Source of the DNA: Holophagaceae bacterium
Lineage (GTDB): Bacteria; Acidobacteriota; Holophagae; Holophagales; Holophagaceae
Length of the DNA: 64,000 nt
Direction: 5' to 3'
Assembly (NCBI GenBank): GCA_039812765.1
Contig: JBDIBF010000002.1
Span: 1,682-65,681 of the forward strand
The notes below the pieces were generated by a model, which ran no database searches, was not told the origin of the DNA, and was given only the letters and a program-made list of their open reading frames with translations. The position numbers and the translations under genes are program-made. Position 1 is the first letter of the stretch; every line of letters begins with the position of its first letter. Shown piece after piece: positions 39,165 to 48,969 of this stretch.

Positions 39165-39910
39165 GGGCCCTTTCGGAGGAGCAGCACCAGGGCCGCCAGC
39201 AGGAGATGGGCCGCGATCGACAGGGACCGCCCCGCGCCGGGGCGTAGCGTCGAGAGGCCCCAGCCAGCGTCGAGCAGGGCGTTCGCGAGGTTCCAGCCCC
39301 AGTGGAGCCCGAAGGCCGCCCACAGGGAGCCTGACCGGAGCAGGGCGGCGCCGTAGGCCAGCCCGAAGGAGGCGAGCATGAGCCACTCCGCCGGCCCTTC
39401 CCGCAGGCGCCAGACGTGGTTCAGCACATAGACGAGGGTGGAGAGCGCGAGGAACGCGGCCCCTCCGCGGGCGGGGCCCTGACGGAACCAGAAGCCCCGG
39501 GTGAGGACGTCCTCCGACAGGCTGGGCACGGCCGTGGCGAGCAGCAGCCAGGGCAGGGCCGAGAGCAGCCGGGCCAGGTCGAAGGACCGCTCCGCAACGT
39601 AGATCCCCGAGGGGAGTCCGATCGCCACCGCGGCGCCCTTGGCCGCGAGCGCCCCCGCGATGCCGAGGAGAAGCCAGGCGAGGGCCCGGGGCCTCGGTTC
39701 CAGCGCGAAGGCCGCCTAGCCGGCGGGCTGGAGCAGCCGGGAGAGGAGCCAGGCGACGGGGAGCACCGCGAGGGAGAGGACCGCGTGCAGGGTGGCGCTG
39801 CCTGCCAGCCGCTGGCCGAGGGCCTCAGGCGCCTGGTAGGCGGCGAAGATCAGCGCCCAGACCGCGAGGGTCCGGAACGGCTTCCATGTCCGGGGCTGGG
39901 CGGGCGGCAC
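39137..39910 (-). pseudogene. CPBP (CAAX-type) intramembrane protease interrupted by one in-frame TAG (39716-39718)
   Basis: ORFs 39716..39910 and 39137..39628 are in the same frame, and the 29 codons between them are open and hydrophobic. The downstream part carries all CPBP motifs (SEDVLTRG, YVLNHVW, HWGWNLAN); the upstream part supplies the missing N-terminal TM helices. Confidence 0.6.
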
Positions 39911-39931
39911 CCGAGGCAGGCCTGCGGAGGC

Positions 39932-40903
39932 TCAGTGCGCGCCGAGACCCATGGCTTTCGCGGCCTTGGTGAGCTCGGGCACCACCTCGAAGAGGTCACC
40001 CACGATGCCGTAGCTCGCGAGCTTGAAGATCGGGGCCTCGGGGTCCTTGTTGATGGCCACGATGACCTTGGAGCTGCTCATGCCGGCGATGTGCTGGATG
40101 GCGCCGCTGATGCCGCAGGCGATGTAGAGTGTGGGGCTCACCACCTTGCCGGTCTGGCCCACCTGGATGCTGTGGGAGAGGCCCCAGCCGGCGTCCACCG
40201 CGGCGCGGGAGGCGCCCACGACCCCGCCCAGGGCGTCGGCGAGGTCCTCGAGGAGCTTGAAGTTCTCGCCGCTCTTCATGCCGCGTCCGCCGGAGACGAT
40301 GACGTCCGCCTCGGTGAGGTCGGGCTTGCCGCTGCCCTTGGCCAGGATCTCCTTCACCACGGCCTTGAAGTCCGCCGCCGGGGCCGGCAGGGCCTCCATC
40401 GCGCCGGCGCCGGCCTTCTCGACGGCGGCGAAGACGTTGGGCCGCGTGGTGGCCACCTGCACCGGGGTGGAGAAGGTGGTGGTCGCGAAGGCCTTGCCCG
40501 CGTAGACCGGCCTCACGGCCTGCAGCTTGCCGTCCACCATCGAGAGCCCGGTGACGTCTCCGGCGTAGCCGGCGCCCAGGCGCGCGGCGGCCCGGGGCAG
40601 GGCGTCCTTCCCCATCGCGGTGGCGGCGCCCAGGAGCACGGTGGCGCCCTTGGCCTTCACGGCGTCGGCGATCGCTGCGGCGAAGGCGTCGCTGCTGTAG
40701 GAGGCCAGGGCCGGGGCCTCGGCGGTGAGGATGGTGTCGGCGCCGTGCTTGGCCGCGTCGGCGGCGCCAGCGGTGGAGGCGCCCACGAAGAGGGCGCCCA
40801 GGGGCTTGCCGGCGGCGTCCGCCAGGCGGCGGCCTTCCGAGAGGGCTTCGGCCGAGGGCTTGCGGAGCTTGCCGTCCTTGAGTTCGCAGAAGACGAGGAT
40901 CAT
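39932..40903 (-). CDS. etfA: electron transfer flavoprotein alpha subunit
   Basis: 323 aa. The C-terminal FAD-binding motifs ([30 protein letters not shown]) match EtfA. Confidence 0.92.
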   Translation of the reverse strand: MILVFCELKDGKLRKPSAEALSEGRRLADAAGKPLGALFVGASTAGAADAAKHGADTILTAEAPALASYSSDAFAAAIADAVKAKGATVLLGAATAMGKDALPRAAARLGAGYAGDVTGLSMVDGKLQAVRPVYAGKAFATTTFSTPVQVATTRPNVFAAVEKAGAGAMEALPAPAADFKAVVKEILAKGSGKPDLTEADVIVSGGRGMKSGENFKLLEDLADALGGVVGASRAAVDAGWGLSHSIQVGQTGKVVSPTLYIACGISGAIQHIAGMSSSKVIVAINKDPEAPIFKLASYGIVGDLFEVVPELTKAAKAMGLGAH

Positions 40904-40936
40904 GGGAGACCTTTCATGCGTTCAGAATCGTGTGTG

Positions 40937-40964
40937 CCAGGGACCAAGGATCAAGGACCAAGGA
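40937..40964. repeat. four tandem heptamers (minus strand TCCTTGG TCCTTGA TCCTTGG TCCCTGG) in the etfB-etfA spacer
   Basis: Read directly from the sequence. The tract starts at the etfB stop codon. Confidence 0.7.
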
Positions 40965-41711
40965 CTAGAGGACCTTCGCCTCGTCCTTGAGGGCGGCGAG
41001 GAGGGCGGCGGCCTGGGCGGCGGGTTCGCCCTCCAGCCTGCGGCCCTCGGGGCGGGCCGGGGGCAGGGCCAGGGCGGCGACAGCGGTGGCATCGGCGGCC
41101 GGCGCGGCCTCCACCTCCTCGATGGCCTTCTTCTTGGCGGCCATGATGCCCTTGAGGCTGGCGTAGCGGGGCTCGTTGAGGCCCTTCTGGGCGGTGATCA
41201 CCGCCGGGAAGGCGCCCTCCACCACCTCGGTGCCGCCCTCGATCTCCCGCTCGGCCCGGAAGCCGGAATCCGTGGCCTCGAACTTCACCACCACGTTGGC
41301 CTGGGCCATGCCGAGGAGCTCGGCCAGCATCGGGCCCACGGAGGCGTTGTCGCCGCCCATGCCCTTGTTGCCGGCGAAGATGAGGCTGAAGCCCTTGTCC
41401 TGGGCGTAGCCGGCCAGCGCCGTGGCCACCGCCAGGGGGTCCGTGGCGCCGCCCTTGAGGTGCACGGCGGCGTCGGCGCCCAGGGCCAGGGCGTTGCGCA
41501 GGACTTCCTTCACGCTGTCCCCGCCGTAGGAGAGGGCCGTGACCTCGGCGCCCTTGGCCTCCTTCAGGCGCAGGGCCTCCTCCAGGGCGTACTCGTCGTA
41601 GGGGCTGGTGATCCACTTCACATCGGCGGGGTCCAGGGACCTACCGTCGGCGGCGACCTTCACTTTGGTCTCGGTGTCGGGCACCTGCTTCAGGGCGACG
41701 AGGATCTTCAT
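40965..41711 (-). CDS. etfB: electron transfer flavoprotein beta subunit
   Basis: MKILVALKQVPDTETKVKV N-terminus and 248 aa are typical of EtfB. Confidence 0.92.
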   Translation of the reverse strand: MKILVALKQVPDTETKVKVAADGRSLDPADVKWITSPYDEYALEEALRLKEAKGAEVTALSYGGDSVKEVLRNALALGADAAVHLKGGATDPLAVATALAGYAQDKGFSLIFAGNKGMGGDNASVGPMLAELLGMAQANVVVKFEATDSGFRAEREIEGGTEVVEGAFPAVITAQKGLNEPRYASLKGIMAAKKKAIEEVEAAPAADATAVAALALPPARPEGRRLEGEPAAQAAALLAALKDEAKVL

Positions 41712-41876
41712 GGGATCTCCGGGGAAGGCCTGCGGGCGCCCGCTCCGGTCCGCAGAACCGGCGTCCAGGCAGGACCTTCCATTCTAGCCGGAGGGGCCCT
41801 GTGCGTCCCGTCATGAATGCCCGGGGCATCCAGGTCGGCCCCGGGGCCGTAGGGGAGGTCGAACCCCGGAGCCCCC

Positions 41877-42305
41877 ATGCGCAACGACGCCAATGTCCAG
41901 GCCGTCCAGGCCATCTACGCCGCCTTCGTGAAGGGCGACGTCCCCGCCATCCTCGACCGTCTCCACGCCGACGTGGCCTGGATCCACGTGGGCGCCCCGG
42001 AGCTGCCCTACGGCCGGGCCTACCACGGCCGGGAGGAGGTGGGCCGCTTCTTCGCCGATCTCGGCGCGGTGCTCGACTTCACGGCCTTCGAGCCCACCGC
42101 CTACGTGTCCGAGGGCGACGAGGTGGTCGCCCTGGGCCACTACGAGGCCACGGCCAAGGCCACCGGCAACCAGGCCCGCGACGAGTGGGCCATGCGCTGG
42201 ACCTTCCGGGACGGCAAGGTGGCGCGGTATCAGGCCTTCGTGGACACCCTCAGCGGGGCGAAGAACCTCGGGACCGTGGTCTCCGCGGCGTCCGCGACCG
42301 CCTGA
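41877..42305 (+). CDS. SnoaL-like / NTF2-fold protein
   Basis: 142 aa. The AIYAAFVKGDVPAILDRLHADVAW pattern fits the ketosteroid-isomerase-like NTF2 family. Confidence 0.7.
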   Translation: MRNDANVQAVQAIYAAFVKGDVPAILDRLHADVAWIHVGAPELPYGRAYHGREEVGRFFADLGAVLDFTAFEPTAYVSEGDEVVALGHYEATAKATGNQARDEWAMRWTFRDGKVARYQAFVDTLSGAKNLGTVVSAASATA

Positions 42306-42347
42306 AGCCGTCCCAGCGCCCCCCCGGCCCTGCGCTAGGCTTGGGGC

Positions 42348-43436
42348 ATGGCGCTTCCCGACTTCCGCGACGCCCTCGTCTTCACCGGCGGGGGCACCGG
42401 CGGCCACTACTTCCCGGCGGTGGCGCTGGCCGAGGGGGCGAAGGCCCGCTGGCCGGATCGCCCCGTCGTCCTGGTCGGCGGTCAGCGGGGCATCGAGGGC
42501 CGTAAGCTGCCGGGCTCGACCTGGCCCCACGAGCTCCTCGACGTGGAAGGCTTCGTGGGCCGCGCGCCGCTGAAGGTGGCCGCGGCGGCCTGGAAGCTCT
42601 GGCGCGCGAAGGGCCGGCTCGTCGCCGCCTGGAGGACCGCGCGGCCCTGGGCGGTGATCGGCACCGGCGGCTATGCGGCGGCGCCCGCCCTGCTGGCGGC
42701 CCGGAGCCTCGGCATCCCCTACTTCCTCCATGAGAGCAACGCGGCCCCGGGAAAGCTGATCCGCGAGGTGGCCCCGGGGGCGCGGCGGGTCTGGTGCGGG
42801 ATGGAGGCGGTGAAATCCCTGCTGCCGGGCGCGGACTGCCTCGTCGTGGGTACGCCCGTGCGGCCCGAGTTCCGGCGCGCCTTCAGGCCGGTGGAGGCGC
42901 TGCCGACGCCCTGCACGCTGCTGGTGCTCGGCGGCAGCGGCGGCGCCAGGGCCATCAACGAGGCGGTGCTCGCCGCGGCGCCCTCGCTGCTGGAGCGTCA
43001 TCCGGACTGGTCGGTGCTGCACCAGGCCGGGCCGGCGGAATTCGACCGCCTCCAGGACGCGCCGCGGCACGCCCGCCACGCGCTGCTGCCCTTCATCGAG
43101 GACATGGCCGGCGCGATGGAGCAGGCCAGTCTCGTGGTGTCCCGGGCCGGGGCCTCCACCTGCGCGGAACTCGAGGCCGCGGGCCGGGGCGCCCTGCTCG
43201 TGCCGTTGCCGACGAGCGCGAACGACCACCAGATGGAGAACGCCAGGGCCCTGGCGGCGTCGGGCCGCGCGGTGCTCCTGCCCCAGGGCCCGGACCTCGC
43301 GGCGCGCCTGGAGGCGGAGGCCTCGCGCTTCATGGCCGACGGCACGGCCCGGGTCGCGCTGGCGGGGCAGGCCAGGCCCAACCGGGCGGTGGAGGCCTGC
43401 CTGGAGGACCTGGAGGCGCGGTTGGCGGGTTTCTGA
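42348..43436 (+). CDS. murG: UDP-GlcNAc:lipid I N-acetylglucosaminyltransferase MurG
   Basis: FTGGGTGGHYFPAVALAE, GGSGGARAIN, HQMENA motifs. Confidence 0.88.
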   Translation: MALPDFRDALVFTGGGTGGHYFPAVALAEGAKARWPDRPVVLVGGQRGIEGRKLPGSTWPHELLDVEGFVGRAPLKVAAAAWKLWRAKGRLVAAWRTARPWAVIGTGGYAAAPALLAARSLGIPYFLHESNAAPGKLIREVAPGARRVWCGMEAVKSLLPGADCLVVGTPVRPEFRRAFRPVEALPTPCTLLVLGGSGGARAINEAVLAAAPSLLERHPDWSVLHQAGPAEFDRLQDAPRHARHALLPFIEDMAGAMEQASLVVSRAGASTCAELEAAGRGALLVPLPTSANDHQMENARALAASGRAVLLPQGPDLAARLEAEASRFMADGTARVALAGQARPNRAVEACLEDLEARLAGF

Positions 43437-43500
43437 ACCGGGCTTCCAGCCCTAGGATGGAGACCTTCCCCCCCATCGCAGTCCCTTCCTCGAGGCAGCC

Positions 43501-44844
43501 ATGACCGACATGACCCCGGCCTGGACCCCCTACGCCGATCCGAACGGCCTCTGGTTCAACACCACCGACGCCGACGCGGCGGGGCAGGTCCTCGCGGGCG
43601 GCACCTTCCAGTTCGACACCACCGCGGACTTCGGCCTCACGGTGCTGAGCGGCGCCGACGGCAGCGTGATCCGCCGGGACGTCTGGACGCCCCAGCCCAC
43701 CGACGGCGTGTTCTGGGTGAAGCTCAGCGCCGACGGGTCCATCGCGGCGGCGGGCGGCTGGCAGACCATGGATTCCAGCACGGGCACCTACGTCGGGCGG
43801 CTGCGGGTCATCCGCGTCTCCGACGGCCTCGTGCTGCTGGACCAGGCCACGGGCTCGAGGGTGAACCAGATCGCCATGAGCCCCGACGGCCGCTGGCTGG
43901 CGGCGGGCTGCGGCGCGACCTACTCGGGCACGGGGCAGCAGATCTACCTCTATGAGCTCACCGGCGACACCTACACCGCCCTGGGCGGCTTCACGAGCTC
44001 CGCCAACAGCATCCAGACCCTCGCCATGTCCGACGACGGGAAGTGGATCCTCGCCGGCCTCTACGGGTCGCCCGGCGTGATCCTCTTCCAGAACATCGAC
44101 CGCATGCTGGTGGAGTTCGCCACGTGGAGCATCCCCGCCAGCGCCCGGGCCGCCGGGGCCGAGCCGGACTCCCTGGATACGCGGCGGTTCGTCCGCGAGC
44201 ACCGGGCGGCCCTGAAGCGGCGGAACGCCCTGGGCGCGGAGGCCGAGTCCGGTTCCAGCGGCGCCTACATCAAGTTCGTGACCATCACGCCGGACGGGTC
44301 CGCCATGGCCGCGGCCATGAGCGGCACCAACGGCGTGGCCTACTTCACCCGGACGAACTTCATCAGCACCAAGCAGCCGGACTGGACCTTCGCGCCCTCC
44401 GGCATCACCACGTCCAGCAACCTCTCCATCGCCGCGGACGGGTCCTTCGTGGTGCTGGGCAGCAATGGCAGCGGCACGATCCCGGTCCCGGGCGGAGGCA
44501 CGATCCCGCAGGGCCTCGTCACGCGGATCAACCACCAGGGCACCCGTGGCGCCCAGGCCTGGCAGACCGCGGTGGAGTACGATCCCAACCCCTGCAACCA
44601 CATGCTGGCCTGGGGCGACAACGTGCTCTCCTGCGGCACCGGCGAGCCCAAGACCGGCGGCCTCACCGAAGGCCGGTTCTACGTCCTCCGGGCCTCCGAC
44701 GGGGCCATCCTGGGCCGCTATCCCACCGCCGTCATGAACTGGCCTTTCCAGATGAGCGCCAACGGCCAGTTCGCCCTCGGCGGCAGCGACGACGGGCACC
44801 TCTACGGATTCAACGCCCGGGGGAACTGGGACGACGCGGTCTGA
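43501..44844 (+). CDS. beta-propeller repeat protein, no signal peptide
   Basis: Six or seven blades marked by SxDGxxxAAG-type strands (LSADGSIAAAGG, MSPDGRWLAAGC, MSDDGKWILAGL, ITPDGSAMAAAM, IAADGSFVVLGS, MSANGQFALGGS). One ~55-aa charged insertion mid-protein. Confidence 0.65.
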   Translation: MTDMTPAWTPYADPNGLWFNTTDADAAGQVLAGGTFQFDTTADFGLTVLSGADGSVIRRDVWTPQPTDGVFWVKLSADGSIAAAGGWQTMDSSTGTYVGRLRVIRVSDGLVLLDQATGSRVNQIAMSPDGRWLAAGCGATYSGTGQQIYLYELTGDTYTALGGFTSSANSIQTLAMSDDGKWILAGLYGSPGVILFQNIDRMLVEFATWSIPASARAAGAEPDSLDTRRFVREHRAALKRRNALGAEAESGSSGAYIKFVTITPDGSAMAAAMSGTNGVAYFTRTNFISTKQPDWTFAPSGITTSSNLSIAADGSFVVLGSNGSGTIPVPGGGTIPQGLVTRINHQGTRGAQAWQTAVEYDPNPCNHMLAWGDNVLSCGTGEPKTGGLTEGRFYVLRASDGAILGRYPTAVMNWPFQMSANGQFALGGSDDGHLYGFNARGNWDDAV

Positions 44845-44860
44845 GGCGGCAGGCGGAGGC

Positions 44861-46450
44861 CTACGCCTCCACCACGCCGCCCACCCCCTTCCTGGGCTCG
44901 AAGGGGATCCTGGCCTTCTTGCAGGCGGCCATGAAGGCCTCGCGGTCGGGGGCCCGGAGGTAGGCGTCCAGGGGCTCCAGACGGTCCTCCTGGATGTGAC
45001 CGATGAGGGCCTCCGTGAACTGGACCTGGCCGTAGGCGCGACCGGTCCGCATGGAGGCGGGGATGGCCTCCCAGTCGCCCGCGCGGATCAGCTTCCCGAT
45101 GGCGGGGGTGTTGAACAGGGTCTCGAAGACCACGAGCTGGCCACCTCCCTTGCGCTTCATCAGGGTGTGGCCCACCACCGCCCGCAGGCTGCTGCCGAGC
45201 ATGGCCCGCACCATCTCCTGGCGCTCGCCAGGGTAGAGGTCGATGAGGTGCTGGAGGACGCTGATGGCCGAAGCCCCGGGCAGGGCGGCGAGGACCAGGC
45301 TCCCCGAGTGGGCGGCCTCGAGGAGCATCAGGAAGGTCGCCGGGTCCCGCACCTCGTCCACGCCCAGGATGTCGGGGCCCTGCCGGAGCGCGGCCTGGAT
45401 GGCCAGGCGCTGGGAGGCCGGATCCCCGCCCACCTCGCGCTGCCGCACCACGGCCTTCCTCGAGGGGATCTGGAAGGAGATGGAATCCTCGATGGTCACC
45501 AGGAAGCCGGGCCGCGCGCCGGCGGCGAGGCCGACGAGGGCCGAGAGCGTGGTGGTGCGGCCGGAGCCCAGGGCGCCGGTGAGGAGCACCAGGCCCCGGT
45601 TCACGTCCCAGAGGCGCCGCAGGGGGTCGCTGAAGCCCAGGACTTCGGGCGGCGGGATGGTGCGCGGCATCACCCGCGCGGAGAGGGAGAGGTCGCGCCC
45701 GTCCCGGAGCACGTCGATCCGCACGCTGCAGTCCCGTCCCGGGATGGGGTGGCTGAGGCTCGTGGCGCCCTGGTCCTGGAGCATGGCCCAGTTCCTCGCC
45801 GGGAGAAGGGCCTTCAGGGCCAGCTCCACTTCCGGCGCGGGGACCGCCTCGGCCTCCTCCAGGGGCTCCACCGCGCCATGGCGCCGCACCAGCGGGACCT
45901 CCCCCGGGTTGATGTAGAGGTCCGAGCCTCCGACGTCGATGACCCTCCCGAAAAAGTCCTCCAGGGGCAGGTTGGACTTTCCTGCCGTCCTGGCGGCGGG
46001 CGCCGCCGGCGGCTCGGGCGCCGCGCTCCGCTCCGGGCTCCGGGGCGCGGGGGCCGGCGGGACCGCGGCCCCGGGCTTCGCAGGCTCGGGTTTGGCGGCA
46101 TCGGGTCTAACGGCAGGGCGCGGGGCCGGGGGCAGGGCCCCCAGGCCGGGCTTGCGGATGGCGACGACCCTCGGGTTCCCGTTGGCCCGGCTCGCCCGCA
46201 CCACGAAGGCGTCGTCCCCCAGGACGTAGCTGAAGGTGACGGTGTCCCCGCGCAGGTAGGTGGTCTTGAGGTCCTCCGGCAGGATCTCCTTCACCAGGCC
46301 GTCCAGCACCAGCCCCTCCAGGTCCCCGGAGGCGAGCTGGGTCCGGTGGCCCGCGGGGAGCTCGAAGACGGGCTTGGTGTTGGCGTTCAGCAACAGGGCC
46401 GAAGCCTCCTGCTGGGCCATCTGGATGAGGAACGGGTCGATGCGTGCCAC
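44861..46450 (-). CDS. PilT-like hexameric-ATPase homologue with degenerate catalytic motifs and a duplicated N-terminal domain
   Basis: PilT fold (GSDLYINPGEVPLVRRHG). Walker A GALGSGRTT (Lys to Arg), Walker B/Asp box DILGVDEVRD, His box replaced (HSGSLVLAALPG). GTG 46450 (after GGAG) chosen as start. Confidence 0.72.
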   Translation of the reverse strand: MARIDPFLIQMAQQEASALLLNANTKPVFELPAGHRTQLASGDLEGLVLDGLVKEILPEDLKTTYLRGDTVTFSYVLGDDAFVVRASRANGNPRVVAIRKPGLGALPPAPRPAVRPDAAKPEPAKPGAAVPPAPAPRSPERSAAPEPPAAPAARTAGKSNLPLEDFFGRVIDVGGSDLYINPGEVPLVRRHGAVEPLEEAEAVPAPEVELALKALLPARNWAMLQDQGATSLSHPIPGRDCSVRIDVLRDGRDLSLSARVMPRTIPPPEVLGFSDPLRRLWDVNRGLVLLTGALGSGRTTTLSALVGLAAGARPGFLVTIEDSISFQIPSRKAVVRQREVGGDPASQRLAIQAALRQGPDILGVDEVRDPATFLMLLEAAHSGSLVLAALPGASAISVLQHLIDLYPGERQEMVRAMLGSSLRAVVGHTLMKRKGGGQLVVFETLFNTPAIGKLIRAGDWEAIPASMRTGRAYGQVQFTEALIGHIQEDRLEPLDAYLRAPDREAFMAACKKARIPFEPRKGVGGVVEA

Positions 46451-46626
46451 GGGGGCTCCGGGTTCGCGCTTCAGGCTCGGGGTTTGGGAAGGACTATAGG
46501 CCCATTTCGGGGCTGCGCCCAAGGTCCGGGCTGGGCACACTGGTGTGGCATCCCCACCGGAGAGCCGCATGTCCCCCTCGCCCCAGGGCGCCGCAGTCAA
46601 GGCTGGCCAAGGGCCGGAGGCCTGAG

Positions 46627-47289
46627 GTGGATCCCCTCGCCACCCTCCTCGCCCAGATCGAGGAAGGCTTCGACGAGACGGCCATCGCCATGGCGGAGGC
46701 CGATCCCGAGCTGCTCTCCGCCCGCGGGGAGAACGGCCTCCGGCCGGCCCTCTCGGCCCTGTATGCGGGGCGCCGGGCCCTGGCGCAGGAGCTGGCGGAC
46801 CTCACCCGGGACCTGGACGTCTTCGAGGCTGCGGCCCTCGGCAGGCTGGAACGGTTGGAGGCCTTCGCGGGCTCACCCGCGATCGGGAGCCATGCGCCCG
46901 ACGGTTTCACGCCGCTGCACCTGGCCGCCTTCTTCAGCCACCCGGCGGTGGTGGACTGGCTCCTCGAGCACGGCGCGGACCCTTCGGCGGAGGCGCGCAA
47001 CGGTTCCGGCCTGCGCCCCCTGCACAGCGCCCTGGCGGGCCGGGACGAGCGGGCCGCCTTCCAGATCGCCGCCGCGCTCCTGGTCCGCGGGGCCGACGTG
47101 GACGCCCGCCAGAACGGGGGCTACACCGCCCTCCACGCCGCGGCCAAGCGGGGCTCCGGCACCCTGGCGGAACTCCTCCTGGGGGCCGGGGCCGATGCCA
47201 CCCTGCGCACGGACCAGGACCAGAGCGCCGCGGACCTGGCCGCCGCCGGAGGCCACACGCTGCTGGCGGACCGCCTCCGGCCGGCCTGA
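46627..47289 (+). CDS. ankyrin-repeat protein
   Basis: GTG 46627 after GGAGG. DGFTPLHLAAFFSHPAVVDWLLEHGADP, GYTALHAAAKRGSGTLAELLLGAGAD. Confidence 0.75.
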   Translation: MDPLATLLAQIEEGFDETAIAMAEADPELLSARGENGLRPALSALYAGRRALAQELADLTRDLDVFEAAALGRLERLEAFAGSPAIGSHAPDGFTPLHLAAFFSHPAVVDWLLEHGADPSAEARNGSGLRPLHSALAGRDERAAFQIAAALLVRGADVDARQNGGYTALHAAAKRGSGTLAELLLGAGADATLRTDQDQSAADLAAAGGHTLLADRLRPA

Positions 47290-47295
47290 AGGACC

Positions 47296-48969
47296 TCAGA
47301 ACCGGATCACGTTCCCGATGACCAGCTGGGAGCGCTCCATGCCGGGATCCCGCACCAGTGGATAGGCCACGGTGACCAGGAAGACCCGGCCGAGGGAGCT
47401 CTTGAGGTCGCCGAAGCGCAGGCCGCCGCCGAGGTTGGCGTAGATCCGGCTCCAGCGGGCGGTGTCGAGCCGGTGGATGGCCCCGACGTCGGCGTAGACC
47501 ACGAAGCCGAGCTGCAGGATGCCGAGCCAGTTGATGGGGGTGATGGGGCGCTCCTCCACTGAGAGGATCCAGCGCCGGTCGCCGAGGAAGAGGTGGTTCG
47601 CGTAGCCGCGCAGGCCCTCCAGGCCGCCGAGGTAGAGGAAGTTCTCGGGGTCAGGCTTGAGGGCGCTGTCCACCTGGACGTACGCGGCCAGGGTCTGGGA
47701 GGGCAGGGCCTTGGAGTAGCCGGTGAAGCTGGCGCTGGTGACGAGGTTCCGCCACCCGCCGGGCTCGCGGCGGCCCTGGGCGCTCGCGCGGAGCAGCAGC
47801 AGGGCGTCCGGCCGGGGCAGCCAGCCCTTGGAGGCGCCGAAGCCGAAGAAGGGCGCGTCCGCCTCGCCGCCGAGGCCGCGGGTGTAGGCGCCGACGCGGA
47901 GCGTGGCCTCCCAGCCCAGGTTGTAGTCCTCGGTGTGGGTCATCCCGGCGAGGTCCTGGAAGTCGCGGAAGCGGTCGGTGTAAAGGCTCCAGGTGAGGTG
48001 CAGGCCGGCGAGCTGACGGCGGGAGAGGTCCGGCGGCGCCAGGGGCCCGTCGCCGAAGGCCTCGGCCTCCACGGCGCGGACGGCGCCTTCCCGGGGGCTG
48101 CGGAAGTCCAGGCCGCCCCCCATCCGCAGCACGTGGTCCCCCTGCGGAACCCGGGCCCAGGTGCCCTCGAAGAAGCCCGTGTCCAGGCGGGTCGGGGCCT
48201 CGAAGGCGGTCTTGCGGAGGTTGTAGACGCTGAGCAGCGAATCCGAGGAGGCGAAGTGGAAGCTGATGGACCAGGGCGTCTCCAGGCCCCGGTAGGGCCG
48301 CGTCCACTCCAGGAAGCGCGTCTTGCCGTCGGAGAGCGCCTGGTAGCGGGCGGAGAAGGTCCAGGGCGTGCCCAGGAACTGCCGGTCCCGGTAGAGCAGC
48401 GTGTCCGAGGAGCGCTCGGCGGTCTTCTCGTGGCTGACGGAGAGGTCCTTGCCCAGGCCGAGGAAGTTGGTCTCCTTCACCGAGAATCCGAAGCTCCGCT
48501 GGCCGCCCACCTGGCTGAAGCCCGCGCTCACCTTCAGGGTCCAGGCGTCCTGGGTGCGCACCACCGCCTTCACGCGGCCGTCCGGCTCCACCTCGGCGTC
48601 GATGAAGGCGTCCTTGAGGAAGCGGAAGTCCCTCAGGTTCCGCTCCACCTGGTGGACCAGGCGGGCCACCACCGGGTCCCCTGCCTTGAAGGGGATCTCG
48701 CGGGCCACCACGCGCTGGCGGGTCTCCCGGTGGATGACGTTGGCGAGGCGCCCGATCCAGTGGTTCTCGTGGGGGCGCGCGGGGTCGAAGACGTCCCCGA
48801 TCCGGATCTCCACGCCGGAGAACCGGGCCCCCTTCGCCTCGAGGCGCTCCCAGATGTCCTTGGGGAGTCCCGGCGACTGGGCCGCCGCGGGCGAGGCCAC
48901 CATGGCCACGGCCGCGGCCAGGCCGGCTCCGAGGCTGCGCCAGGGGGGGTCAGGCCGGATCGTCGCCAT
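47296..48969 (-). CDS. Omp85/BamA-family outer-membrane protein (single POTRA + beta-barrel)
   Basis: Signal peptide ending AAAQS. Alternating-hydrophobic beta strands throughout. C-terminal aromatic (VIRF). Confidence 0.72.
   Translation of the reverse strand: MATIRPDPPWRSLGAGLAAAVAMVASPAAAQSPGLPKDIWERLEAKGARFSGVEIRIGDVFDPARPHENHWIGRLANVIHRETRQRVVAREIPFKAGDPVVARLVHQVERNLRDFRFLKDAFIDAEVEPDGRVKAVVRTQDAWTLKVSAGFSQVGGQRSFGFSVKETNFLGLGKDLSVSHEKTAERSSDTLLYRDRQFLGTPWTFSARYQALSDGKTRFLEWTRPYRGLETPWSISFHFASSDSLLSVYNLRKTAFEAPTRLDTGFFEGTWARVPQGDHVLRMGGGLDFRSPREGAVRAVEAEAFGDGPLAPPDLSRRQLAGLHLTWSLYTDRFRDFQDLAGMTHTEDYNLGWEATLRVGAYTRGLGGEADAPFFGFGASKGWLPRPDALLLLRASAQGRREPGGWRNLVTSASFTGYSKALPSQTLAAYVQVDSALKPDPENFLYLGGLEGLRGYANHLFLGDRRWILSVEERPITPINWLGILQLGFVVYADVGAIHRLDTARWSRIYANLGGGLRFGDLKSSLGRVFLVTVAYPLVRDPGMERSQLVIGNVIRF

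Noticed and set aside
39716-39718. Pyrrolysine decoding of the in-frame TAG in the CPBP gene
   Set aside because: Pyl is essentially confined to methylamine methyltransferase contexts. No pyl genes or PYLIS-like context were seen, so nonsense mutation or sequencing error is far more likely.
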